A stretch of DNA of 64,000 bases from Camelus ferus. Taxonomy: Eukaryota. Under the pieces are notes generated by a model, which worked only from the letters and a program-made list of their open reading frames with translations, made no database searches and was not told the origin of the DNA. How positions within the stretch are numbered: the stretch's first letter is position 1; each line of letters begins with the position of its first letter. Below are positions 26,501 to 38,988 of the stretch, in pieces. Both the position numbers and the translations under genes were made by a program. The DNA is taken from contig NC_045697.1 of assembly GCF_009834535.1 (NCBI RefSeq), positions 105,278,001-105,342,000 of the forward strand. The letters run 5' to 3'.

Positions 26501-27086
26501 GGGGACACAGACTGGCACTGGCTGGGAGACAGCGAGAAAAGGAAAAGACAGAGCAATATAAAAGGCACAAATGAACATTTAGGAGGCACCCACAGGGAGG
26601 CCCCGGAAAGAGGCAATCTCAGTTCGTAAGTCTCTTGCTCCGCTTGGTCCAGCGTGATTTCCCCAAGGACACCGCCCAGTGGAGACAGCTTTTCTCCCAC
26701 CATACTGGGGATGCTTCCCTGGTACTAACGTTCCTTCTCCACCTTTTCTCAACCTGCTACGCTCAGCTCCTCTTTGAGTCTACACTCCACTGACTGCATT
26801 CTGTCCAAGTAGAACCAGCACTTCAGAGTCCTTTGCAAGTCGTGGCACTGGTCACCCTTGGCAATTACCTGTTAGCAGGCGAACACATTAGTTCCCTTAA
26901 TAGAGTTTATGCAAAAGTGATCCAGAACGGGTTACAAGAGCAAGTCTGGAAACTATGATTTCATACATGGCACTGCATTCGTGAGTGTATGTGGTTTTCA
27001 AAGAGTTTGCTATAAATGGATAAAATCTAGAGCTCTTTTGAAATTTTGTTTAAAGTGCCCATGGCATGAATTAAAAATAAATTAGA

Positions 27087-27226
27087 TATTCAATATCTTA
27101 CAGTAACTTACAGTTGAAAAAGTATGAAAATGAATATATATATGTTCCTATATGACTGAAGTATTGTGCTGTAACCAGAAATTGACACACTGTAAACTGA
27201 CTATACTTTAATAAAAATATATTTTA
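27087..27226 (+). mobile_element. Short LINE-1 3' end
   Basis: TSD AAAAATAAATTAGA (27073-27086) and AACAATAAATTAGA (27227-27240). L1 tail CCAGAAATTGACACACTGTAAACTGACTATACT. Confidence 0.9.
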
Positions 27227-30200
27227 AACAATAAATTAGAATACAATTTCACTTTGATGTAAGCCACCTTCTAATGCTCTTCATTTGCACACACCCCCCC
27301 ACATGTATTTCATGATTACAGCATTTGCCCATGGAAATTTAAATGCCCCAAATGGCAGCATTATCAGAAATATACACTTGACTTGAAGCATGAAATATTA
27401 GAGTTGGACTAAAAAAAAATCAGCTGACAGAAATTAACTGATAACAGATCTGAAAACTGACAAATATTTCTTTGGCATGAGCATAATCACCATGCTCACC
27501 ATTTCTCTTAAATCCTTCAGTTTCTCTAAATTATAAAACATAATCTGCCATTTCCCTACCACAAATGGACTGTGCCCACTCTAACATCATTATAGAAATT
27601 CTTATCCAGAGACGCCAGTTTCCCCTCTTGGTCAGATCTTAATGAGGAGCCCAAGACACAATAAACATAATAATGTTGCAGAAGGGAAGGCAGCAGCGGT
27701 GAGCTCCACTGCCAAAAGCAACAAGACTTGCCTCTGAGCTCACGGTTAGCTGTGCTGGCTGTCACACACCACACAGAACCACACGGAATCAGAAGCAAGT
27801 GATGGGAGTGAGGGGTTGGAACCAAGCACAGACTTTTCAGAAGCAGAAACTTTCTAAATCAGGCAGAGCATGCTGTCCCCTAGACCGAGATGGTGCGGCC
27901 AGCCCGTCCACAGGGAGACATGAGCTTTGAAGTTTTGCTAGCAGCGGTGATGGATGCAAAGATCTGTCCCGCGGGGATGGACGGCCAGAGACAGGTGCAA
28001 GACAACTGGCCAGACTCAGCTGGGCAGTCAGCAAGTGGAACAACACAGAGTTCCTGCTCCTGACTGAAAGGAAACCTGGACCATGGGTCCCACGGACCTC
28101 ATGACACACCTGGTCAAGCTACCAAAGACACAGATGCCAACACAAGAGTTCAGAAGACAGCTTTTCTGTCTTCTCAACACTTATTTTCCGATGGATCGAA
28201 ATTTGGAGCAATTATACTGCAAAGCAATTAAAATAACTCGACAGCTAAAAACAAACAAATAAAAACAACAGAAAACTTTACTGAGCCATGAGAAGGTTGC
28301 TATTCAATGTATTTTGCTCAAATGTCTTGTGATGGTCATCTTGAAACTGACTAAATAGTTAGAAGACTCATATAATGAAACTTCTTATGTAACTTTTACC
28401 CCCTATGTATGTGTGTGTCAGTAAGCCTACACGTGAAAGAAATAGCTGTGTATTACTCTGGGTAAAATTACATGGAATGCTGTCAAAATCAAGAGATTTA
28501 GATCAGAGTTTCCCTCACCATGCAATTTGTAAGAAATAGAAATGGATGAAGGGGAGGGGGTGCTGAAATTCAGCTATCTGGGGAAAAACACACACTCACA
28601 GTCTGGTTTACTTTAAAATTTAAAAAAATCAACCTTACTAATAAGCATTATTTAGAGAATAAGATATGATTGTTAAGTTCCCGTCATTACGTTTAATTCT
28701 TATAATCATGTGGGAGAAAGGACAGCTGGTAAAAATTTCTCTGGACCTATCTGCAGAGGGAACGAGATAAATCCCCAAATGCCCACTGGCTTGAGGACTT
28801 TATAATTCTACAGTTGTATAAATATACAGAGACAAAAGAGGCTCCCCAAAGACACTGTCACATCACAGAATTAAACAGGTATATCTTGTCTTATAGAAAG
28901 TGAAATTTTTATACCAATAGTCTTGTGCATAAACAGTCCCTTTAAATGCAGTCTTTAATACACCAGAGAGAAAAAAATCGGAGGAAAAAACATTCAAAAG
29001 CACCAAGAACTTTGGAGGGATGCCAAACAAATTTATACTGAACATTTTTCTGAAAATTTCGCTCAAATGAAAACATTCTCTAATGTAATCCTCACTAACC
29101 TGAGAGACAGGTGCTGTGATAGATATGATATAAATGGATAAACCGAAGATTAGATACATTACGTAAGGTCATTGCTTCATAAGCTTGTGAGTCACAGCAC
29201 CCAAAAAGAACATTAAAAGAACAAGGTGGAGAAAGTCAACGATTCAACTTTTTCCATGAAAATGATTATTTTTATGCCCTTGATATTTCATTTATTCATT
29301 CTGCAAACATCCATTACTATCTGTATCAAGTACTATCAGTGCCCCAGTCAGAGAAGAAATAACAAGGAGGGCTGAATACTGCTCATGTTCCAAAAATTCA
29401 TAGTGGCAACTTTAATAGAATATATCTAAAACTGGAAGCAAAATACACCTGCGTGATGTTTTAGCAAATGAAGACTGGTCTTTCCAACCATAAGGTACTG
29501 AAATTAAGATCTGTTCTCTGTAAAAACATTGTATTAAATAGCACATTCCACCTTAAAATGTGTTCTATGGATAAATAAACCAAAGCAGAAAGATGTCTCA
29601 CTTTCTGAAAATCTCCTGGTGAATTAACGACACAGCAGAAATAGAATTCTAGATACTATACCATGATCTCCTGTTTTTAAAATATGCTATATGCCCTTCA
29701 CTTAAATGTCTAGTTAATACATTCTTCAAACAAAAACCCTGGCCTTGACTACTTCTTCTCAGTAGTCCTATCCACATCCTTAAAGATGATGTGACTGGTA
29801 ATCTCGGCACTCCCCAAAGCTGAGCAGATGCAGCCAAACACTAAAAGAAATACTAAAAGAAATCTCTTAACACCTAAGAAAATATTTGACTCAAGTCTTG
29901 AGAAAAATATTTCCTATTGGAAATTAGAAACACAACGTATCTATAAGCAATATAACTCACAACAGCTTAAATAATATATTTTATAATATATATGTTCATT
30001 ATATAGTTTTTGTATTTTACACCGTTTATATTATATACGTAATATTGTTTTAAATGGCTTGCTACCAAAGGGAAGGTATATGGAAGGAAACACTGACTTT
30101 ATTCTTCAAAGTCAGTAACACTTAAACTCAGATATTCACTGGATCAACTCCAAAGTTATAGCACGATTTGAAGTGATAATAACCAAGATTAAATATGCCA

Positions 30201-30878
30201 ATCCTTCCACTGATTTCTGAGTATGCTTCAGATAGTTTAATCCTTTTAAAGGACTTTTTCATCTTAATTGGTTCAAAAATTAGGAGTACAAGACTTTCCT
30301 ACTACTAGAAGAATTTATATATCACTGTAATTAAAAGATTTTTCAGCAATATCTGACAATATCTGATTTTATATATTTTTTCAGCCATATTTGATTATAT
30401 CTGATTTATATACATAAAAGACATTAGAATAAACCAGCACTTTATGTAAGTCTCCAATTACTAAGGGGATTGAACATAATTTCTTCCTACATACAGCAAT
30501 GCTGTACTTGATTTCCTCCTGAAGCAACTTCTATTTGTCTGTCCTTCCTTCCAAGAGAAACCAAGACTCAGCAACACACTAAGCTGGCCAGCACTGACGG
30601 CTCTCCCTCCTGCCTGGAAGCCCCTCTTTCTTCTCCCCTTGGTAAAATCCAGCCCAAATCCACCTTCTTATGCAGTCCTGCACAATCTTACCAGTTAAAA
30701 TCTACCATCCCATCTCCATGACTGTACTCTCATTCACCTGCTTTACAACTAATTTTTCACAACATGCCTTCCATTCTTATTATCCAGGAATATACACACA
30801 TCCCCCCGAGTACAGCTCCTTAGTTACCCAACAAAAATTCGCTGACTTGAACTGAAACATTTAAAAAATGTTAAAATT

Positions 30879-31262
30879 TCAAACTCCCAAATTTATCCCT
30901 TCCCAACCCCTTCCCTCTGGTAACCATAAAATTGTTGACTATGTTTCTGTTTGATGAGTTCATTAGTGTCCTCTTTTTTCTTTTCTTTTTTTTTTTTTTT
31001 TTTAGATTCCACATATGAGTCATATCATATGGTATTTTTCTTCCTCTTTCTGACTTCCTTAATATGATAATCTCCAGGTCCATTCATGTTGCTGCAAATG
31101 GCATTATTTTATTCTTTATTATCACTAAGTAGTATTCCACTGTATAAATATACCACAACTTCTTTATCCAGTCATCTGTCGATGAACTACATACATGCAT
31201 GATTGGGACACTATGCTGTACATCAGAAACTGACACATTGTAACTGACCATACTTCAATAAA
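30879..31262 (+). mobile_element. 5'-inverted (twin-primed) LINE-1 insertion
   Basis: Antisense L1 segment at about 30879-31184 joined to a sense 3' tail and poly-A. TSD AAAAAATGTTAAAATT / AAAAAAAGTTAAAATT at a TT|AAAA site. Confidence 0.85.
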
Positions 31263-31334
31263 AAAAAAGTTAAAATTGAAGTTAAGGGTAGTTGCACACA
31301 ATCTAATTTCAACTCAGTTAATATGTACAATATA

Positions 31335-31495
31335 TCTACAAAACTGTCATTGATACCCTCACTTTGGAGACAAGGAAACTCAGAATCAGAGCATTTTAAT
31401 AAATTAGCCCAGGGATCAAAATTTTGGGTAACAAAACCAGGTCTGCAACCCAGGGTCTGGGCTCAAAGTCTATGGCATAGTGCTCTGAGGCTGCC
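31335..31495 (-). mobile_element. MIR SINE relic
   Basis: ACAAGGAAACTCAGAATCAGAG..TTAGCCCAGGG..AACCCAGGGTCTGGGCTCAAAGTC. Confidence 0.6.
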
Positions 31496-33939
31496 TCTCA
31501 AGATGTGATATGGTGTCCCCGACCTCGAAGGTTTAATTTGCACTGGAACTCTTCAAAATTACTGAATACTGTATAATCTGTCAGCCATTTTTCTCATGTT
31601 CTCTCTATGAATGACATTGAATGACAAGGGACTACCATAAATAAAAGAAAAAGGATTCTAAAATCAGTGGGAAATAAAGAGATAAGAAAAATTCCTTCAA
31701 ATTATACATTACAAAATTACCTACCTACCTTCTATGAATGTAAATTAAATATGTCCTACATCAGAACACCATATTCTCATTATTCACAAATTCCAGTCTA
31801 TAAAAAAGGCAAAATAATCATAGAGTGTTACCGAGACTTTTCACGTCAGAAGAAACATCTAAGACCATCACGTTCTACTGATTATTTCACAGATGAGGAG
31901 ACTGGACTCAGAAAAACTCAACAGCCTCAAGGTCCTATAATTAATAAATAAAGGTCAAATTGATAAGAACTTGGCCCCCCAAGTCTCAGTCTAATTGCTT
32001 TGCCCACTGGTTATACTAGAACTAAACTATACTGGTATAATTATATACTATATTTCTAGAAGAACACTGAAAGTAAGAATTATTAATTACATATGTCAAT
32101 GCCTAAAAGAACCTCAAGGGTCCTTATACCTTAGCCTAACTACCTAAATTTTCATTATGAGAAAGCTGAGGCACAAATAAAGCAATATTTTTTGCCCAAA
32201 TTTTAAATTTATTTTTATTCAGTCCAGTGAAAATTTTCTCTCCAACAGTGAAAAATATTTTAGGATATAAAGAAAATTCATCACAGTATCTGACAGCATC
32301 TTTGTAAAAGCAGACTCCCTATCTCTTGTTAATCATCCATACTTTCTTAGACCCTCCACGTATTCTAAGAAGATTGTCATAAAACCTATCTGATTATCAA
32401 TATAATATCCTCTACTGTTAATTGTATCTGGAAACAAGTATCCTCCAGCTATATCCTAGTGAAATTTCCTTTTTATAAAACAAAAACAAAAACAAAGATT
32501 AATGAACGAAATGAAAAAGTAAACATGTTGACATGTGTCTATGGTATAAAATATTTTTCGTGTCAGTGAAATAAGCAAGGACAGTACCTTCAATCTTGAC
32601 TTGATTTTCTGAAAAAGAATCACAATAAACGTTTAATTTTTACTTGGGTCTAGAAGAAGATTCTATGGGCAAAATCAATCAAACTGCACCATTTAAAAAT
32701 GTTGACAAGATGTTATTTATATCAAGAAAGTAGCTACTTCTTTCTGGCATCTTTATTTTCATATCATAGCAAATAATCCTTTCAAACTACATTTCCAAGC
32801 CTTTTCTTATATTAAAAACAAAGCTTCAAAAGGGACACACCCAGGAGTTGAAAGGCAGAACTCCACACCCTTCACTTCCCTCCACCTCTTTTCAATTCAG
32901 CTGCAGCCCTACAAATTCCAACACAAGGGGAAGGCAATGTGGTGGTGTCAGAAATACAGCAGGCACATCCAGGCTAGGCTATCAAGCCCAAAATTTTCTA
33001 GGACAACGAGAAGTAAAGCCATGATACCAAGAGCAGTAGGAAAACACAAACACAGAACCCACTCTGAAAAAAGCCCGATATTAAGCAGTGCCCTGCCTTC
33101 ACCTCCGCTCACACCGCTCCACTGGAGTTCTTTTCACTTGTCATCAGAGGACCTTACTCTTTTCACCTTTAAGAGCAATACAGTGATTCTGCTTATTTCA
33201 TCAGAAATCCACCCGAGGTTAGGAGGAAGGCAGAAAAAAAAAAAAAAAAAAAGATGGAATGTTTGGGCATTTTTTTTTCTCCCGGCCACAACAACTGTTT
33301 TTCCATCTGACGATAGATGAAACTCTTCAGTGTAGAAGGAGAAAGTAAATAAGAGGAAGAACTGTAATTCTTGAGCCCGTGCCAGTTTACAGTATTGAAA
33401 AAAAAGGATCTGCGCCACAGCTTGGCGGCCAGCCATATTTACAGTAAGCTATCTAGTGTTTTGCCCAACGGGGAGAACAAAGGACTCAGTGTGGTGCTGC
33501 TGGGTTTGTGTGTCTCAAATATTGTGGAGAGAAGGAATGTGACCCCACATGCAACAGACCCTCTCCTTTCTACAGCTCTCTCTCCTCAATGACTCTCAAA
33601 TTATGGTCAAAAGAGTCTATCAAAGGGCAAGAGAAAGCTTCCTGGTCTCAGAGTTTAAGCTTCAACTTTAAATTAGCATTTATTTCACTTGCAAAAATAG
33701 CCTCTCTATTAATCTACTTTGAAGTGAAAAATTTCCAAAGCTTGAGAAGCATACGATGTTTCACGATATGGGTGATTCTGCCTTGTGAGAGCAGCTAACC
33801 CTGAAACAAGCACCTTAAATACAGTTTTTCTTGGTGAGATTTAATACCTCTTCTTTCCATTATATTATTTACCAGTTTTTAGGAAATATATGGACTGGAT
33901 GACACCAAGAAAATTATATTAGGGGCTCAATGGCTATTT

Positions 33940-34023
33940 TATTTATGTATTTATTTTTACTGAAGTACAGTCAGTTACAATGTGTCAATTTTGGGTGTAC
34001 AGCACAATGTCCCAGTCATGCAT
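33940..34023 (-). mobile_element. Very short LINE-1 3' tail
   Basis: TTTACTGAAGTACAGTCAGTTACAATGTGTCAATTT..TGTCCCAGTCATGCAT; degenerate TSD TCAATGGCTATTTT / TCAACAACTGTTTT. Confidence 0.85.
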
Positions 34024-35404
34024 CAACAACTGTTTTAATAGAGTGCATTCCTATTTTATTTCCAGAAGTAAATAAAAATTTCAAGTGACAGTATGATGGC
34101 CAACATACTAAAATCAACAACAACAAAAACTCTTTCCCCTCAAAGTTATACTTCTTTGGAAACTACGCCCAAATAAGGATGTAAGTGAAAGTTAAATCAA
34201 TTGCAATTTCTATTTCTTTATATATATCCACACATTTGCTTGGGCCAAAAAAAAAGTGTTTTTATCTTAAATATCAATGTGACAGACAACACATCTCTGA
34301 ACTTTTAGTTTTCTCACTGACGTTTGGTTCTAGTGGGGAAGGAAGACAAAAGAAAGATGAATAGTGTAACAGACTATTAGTGAAAACTGCTTTAGAGAAA
34401 ACACAAAGAAGGAATGAGTTGGCGGGGCAGGAGGAAGAGATACGACTGTAGGGAAGGGGCCTGGGATGATGAATTTGGAGTCAGTGCCTACATCGTCCGA
34501 GGGAACCAGCCTGTGGGTATCAGTTAGGGAGGAGAGAGCACGTTAGCGGTTCTGACCAGCAAATGATGGGGTTTCCTAAGGAATAAGCCAAGGATTCTCG
34601 ACTGTGAAGCTCTTCCCGAAGGTGGGGAGACAACAGAGAGAGTTTGCTTTAAACACAGATGCTGTTCACAAAATAAGAAAAGGAGCCGGCGTGGGGACAG
34701 AAGGAGCACCAGCAGCTGGGAGAAACGTGGAAAAGAGAAAAAGAAAGCAGAAGGGAGAAGCAGAGCAGCGGACAGCTGGGAAGGATGTGAAGAGAAAAGG
34801 TCAATTTGAGGCGATGCCCTAAATATTAGTAAGAATTATTATAATAGCTGGCCGTCAGACATTGGGAAGGACGGTTTGTAAACTCCTACAGCCTGGAAGA
34901 CGCTTCTCATCAGAGTCTGAGTAGCAATGTGAGGAATCACCAAGACGTCAGGCACTTCTACAGCAGGGCAGTTTATTGAGATTTAATTTTTGCTTTCTTT
35001 CCATTGTTTTGCTTTGTTTCCTTCCTCGTGGGGATGGATCGGGGAAGGAACTTCTCTGGGATACAGGCAGTAGGGCCTCCCAGTGTCCAGGAAAGAGCAG
35101 GACCTGAGAAATAAATGAGTGCAGGGGGCAAATACAGATCGTGCAAGATGGAAATCTTATCACTACCTTCAAGGGCATGCATGGACCTGGACAACAGACA
35201 CACCAGATATATGAGGGGGAAGTGCAGACTGACAGCCAGAGGGACCCTCCTCAAATGTTCTACTCTGTGTATAACCACTAGGTGTTTCACATCAGCCATA
35301 GAGGTGGTTAGAGGAGTAATAATGAGGATCAACTAGGAAGATTCAATTTCCCTCCAACCTGGCTGCTGAAGGGGCTCTTTAGAAAGAAACAAGTAACTGA
35401 AAGG

Positions 35405-35790
35405 CAACAATAAGAAAACATTCATACCCATCAGAATAGCCAAAACGTTAAGCTTGTTAATAACCTAGAATGTGAAACCAAGAAGGCGCTCGTACACTGC
35501 TGGGACTAAAAATTGTAAAAGGACTTGGTAACAACTAAAATAAAATGAAGACAGGCATACTTGAGGCTCCATCTTTTTCATTTACAGAAATAGACCCCGA
35601 AAAATGGTTGTATCTCTGCACAAGGAAACACATGAAAGTACTCATTGCACCATGGTTTGCAATAAGAAAAATTACAAGGAATTTTCATCAAAAGGCAAGA
35701 AACAAATTATACTAATATAATGGAATGTTATATAACAATGAAAATGAATTCACTGAATCAACCTGTACCAGCAAAAGCAAAAAAGATAGA
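35405..35790 (+). mobile_element. Ancient LINE-1 (L1ME-like) relic
   Basis: TTCATACCCATCAGAATAGCCAAAA..CTCGTACACTGCTGG..TAATGGAATGTTATATAACAATGAAAATGAAT. Confidence 0.6.
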
Positions 35791-35842
35791 AAAGAAGGAA
35801 GGAAGGAAAGAAGGAAGGAAGGAAAGAAGGAAGGGAGGGAAG
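35790..35842 (+). repeat. (GAAG)n/(GAAA)n purine-rich microsatellite
   Basis: Read directly from the sequence. Confidence 0.9.
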
Positions 35843-36604
35843 AGGGTGGCCAGGAATTCATCAGTGGCTGCAGGCAGAGATGCACCTCCTCACCACCTCT
35901 CCACGAGGAAGGGAGAAAAGGATTCAATCCCTGGTGTGCACACGGGCAGAGCAGAATCACCTAGCAGAAGAGTAACACCTGCCAGTAACACACCTGCCCT
36001 CCCAGAGCCAGGCTGCCTCTGCTCTGAGAAATGAGGTCACAGAAAAGCACCAATTGGGAGTCAGGAGAGGTTCTAGGTGCAATTTTCAAATGGGTCTAAG
36101 AAACCACCCCTTTGTAACAACTATCTGAGCTTCTGTTCAGAAACAAGAGTTGACAAGGGATAACAGATCAATTCTGAAATAAAATAAAAAACTTGATGGC
36201 ATTCTCCCATATTATCTACTAAATAAGCAACTTCCATTTTCTGTGTATGTCAGTGATAAACAGAAAGATGAGATGCAGTAAAGGGTTCAAAGAATAATCT
36301 GAAAATCTATTTCAAAAGCCTAAGGATATTAAGAAGCAGGGTAACATTAAGCCTGGCCTCTGTACTCACTCTTCCTCACAGATGCTTTCATATTAAGTCC
36401 ATAATTCAGTATGAATACACTTTAATATTATTTTCACCTAATTTGGAAAACTAAAATTCAGGATTATATGAAAAAGTTCATAAAAACAGATTTAGGTGAT
36501 TTTTATGTTATTCGAGGCACATGGGAAATTTAGGTATCTTTCTAAAATGTAATGATTTAGGGTAAATACAGTGCCAGTGGTACTCGGCAAGCACAAAGAC
36601 TTTT

Positions 36605-37290
36605 TTCCCTTTGTTTTTATTGAGATATAATTCATATGCCATACAATTAATGTTTTTAAAGTATGCAATTCAGTGATTTTTAGTAGACTCACAAAGTAGT
36701 ACAATCACCAACCCGATTTAATGTCAAAATATTTTTATCACCCCCCAAAAATCTCTGTACACATAAGCAGACACTCCCTTTTCTCCCTGCCCTGTCTCCA
36801 GCCCCTGACACCCACCAACCTATCTTCCTTTGTCTATGGACTTGCCTACTCTGAACCCTTCAAATAAATGGAATCAGACAGCATGTGGCCTTTGGGGTAT
36901 GGCTTCTTTCATTTGGCATAATGGCTTCAAGTTTCATGTAGGTTGGAGCATGTATCAGTACTTCATTCCTTTTTACGGCCCAGTAATGTTCCACCATAGA
37001 GCTGTACCACATGTGTTTAGCCATTCGTCCGTTGATGGATAGTTGGGTTGGCTTTTGGCCATTATGAAATAACACTGGGTCATAAGGTAATTCTACGTTT
37101 AACCTTTTGAAGAACTTCAGCAAATGCATCATTTTCCATTCCTGTCAGCACTGCATGAGAGTTCCAACTTCACCACATCCTCACCAACACTTGCTGTCTG
37201 TTGAGTGATAGCCATCTTAGTGGGCATGAAGTGGTATCTCACTGTGGTCTTGACTGCATCTCCCTAAGTAATGATATTGAGCATCTCTTC
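36605..37290 (-). mobile_element. Older LINE-1 3' end (L1MB-like)
   Basis: TTTATTGAGATATAATTCATATGCCAT..AAATGGAATCAGACAGCATGTGGCC. TSD AGCACAAAGACTTTT (36590-36604) and AGCACGAAGGCTTTT (37291-37305). Confidence 0.9.
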
Positions 37291-38988
37291 AGCACGAAGG
37301 CTTTTAGAATAATAGTTTTTCCATGTGGCTGATATTGATCTAACAAGTGCTGTAACAATAATGAATTAGTTTAACTCTTGCATTCTATTTTTCTTGCATA
37401 ATTCAACCTAACAGACTTACATACAGTAATGAATATTTCTATTTTATGAATAAGGAAACTGTTAGGAGATAATTAAAAAGTAAATCCTTAAGAAGTACAC
37501 ACACTAATACAAGATTTATGAAATTTTATATTTATATGTTTATAATACACATATATTTTGTCCTTCTTTAGCGGAAATGGTTGGTCAAAGGAACATTTGA
37601 ATAGGAATAAATTTGGGGAAAAGCATTTCAATATCTTCCAGCAAAGCATAGATGGTGGTAAGTAGCTAGCCCAGCTGTTCAAATGGCATTTATTATTTCT
37701 CTAGAAAAATATGATTCTAAGTAGTCACTAAACGTTTCATTACTTGTTACAGACTTTACATGGCTTTAAACTTACTTCTGTGACCTATCCATGTGCCAAA
37801 CCAAAATAAAACATTACCTTCAACTATATTCAGAAACATTCAGTATTACTTTAAGTACTAGAAGGTATACTTTCTCATATGACAAAATACACTTACTGCC
37901 CACACTTAGGGCATGAAAGACCCCCGTACAATAAAAGTTAGGATGCAGACTCATGTTTAAAACATGGAAAATTTGATCCAAATGTTCCGATTTTTTTAAA
38001 ACCTAAAATGAAAAGTCAAAAGGTTCTTTTGGCAACAGTTAACTCATTCAAGCTATGATCCATCTTTAACTCATTCAGGATATGCTCACTGAGTCACTTA
38101 AGTCCATAATTCAGTATGAATATACTTTAATATTATTTTCACCTATGATACTGTAATTTTTTCCACTGAAAGTACCAACCCCATTTAGTGACTTCAGTTA
38201 ATATGCTGTGTGTATGTTTTAGGTGTTCTGGTCTAACCACTAACTCCCTCCAATATACTCTGTACTTCCAGCCTCAGGACATTTGGTCCTGTGAGACTCC
38301 GTGCCTGGAATTTTCTTTTCTCTAGTCTTCTTTTTTCTACACCACTGCCATTGAACTGCTTCCAATACAAGTTCCGAAATTTCTATAAAGCTGCCCCTGA
38401 CTACTTCCTCTACTGAACAGTTACACCAAATATCAGTGGGGACAATTAAATTCATAGGTAGGTAAAAGGAGCTGGATTTTGAAGAATCAAGGATGACTCC
38501 CAGTTTGACTACGTCAGTCACATCTCCTTCCCCATAGACATTTATGAAGGTAGGAGTGAAGTTAAAGAGAACCACCTCCAAATGAGAAAGCACCAAGGTG
38601 GCTGCAATCCTTTCTAGAATTGTCAAGTCAGTCTGTTATTATTTATTCATTCATTTATTCAATCTTTATTCCACCTCCTCCTGAGTGGACCCTGACATAG
38701 GTGCTAAGGATAAAAACAGGAAGGTGATCCATAAACGTAATAAATACCTAATATTAATCAAGCACTTACTACATAACAGTTGCCCCACATCTGCACTGTT
38801 ACAGGCATCCTTCAGAGACATTGAGGGTTCAGTTCCAGACTACCACAATAATGCGAGTCACATGAATTTTTTTGGTTTCCCGGTGCATGTTAAAGTTATG
38901 TTCACACTGTAGTGTATATACCCTATTAAGTGTGCAATAGCATTATGTCTAAAAAAAGTATATACCTTAATTTATAAATATTTTATTG

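Noticed and set aside
32588..32608. 21-nt minus-strand micro-exon candidate
   Set aside because: Mediocre donor (gtactg), no upstream UGC micro-exon motif, and closed in phase 2. Insufficient support.
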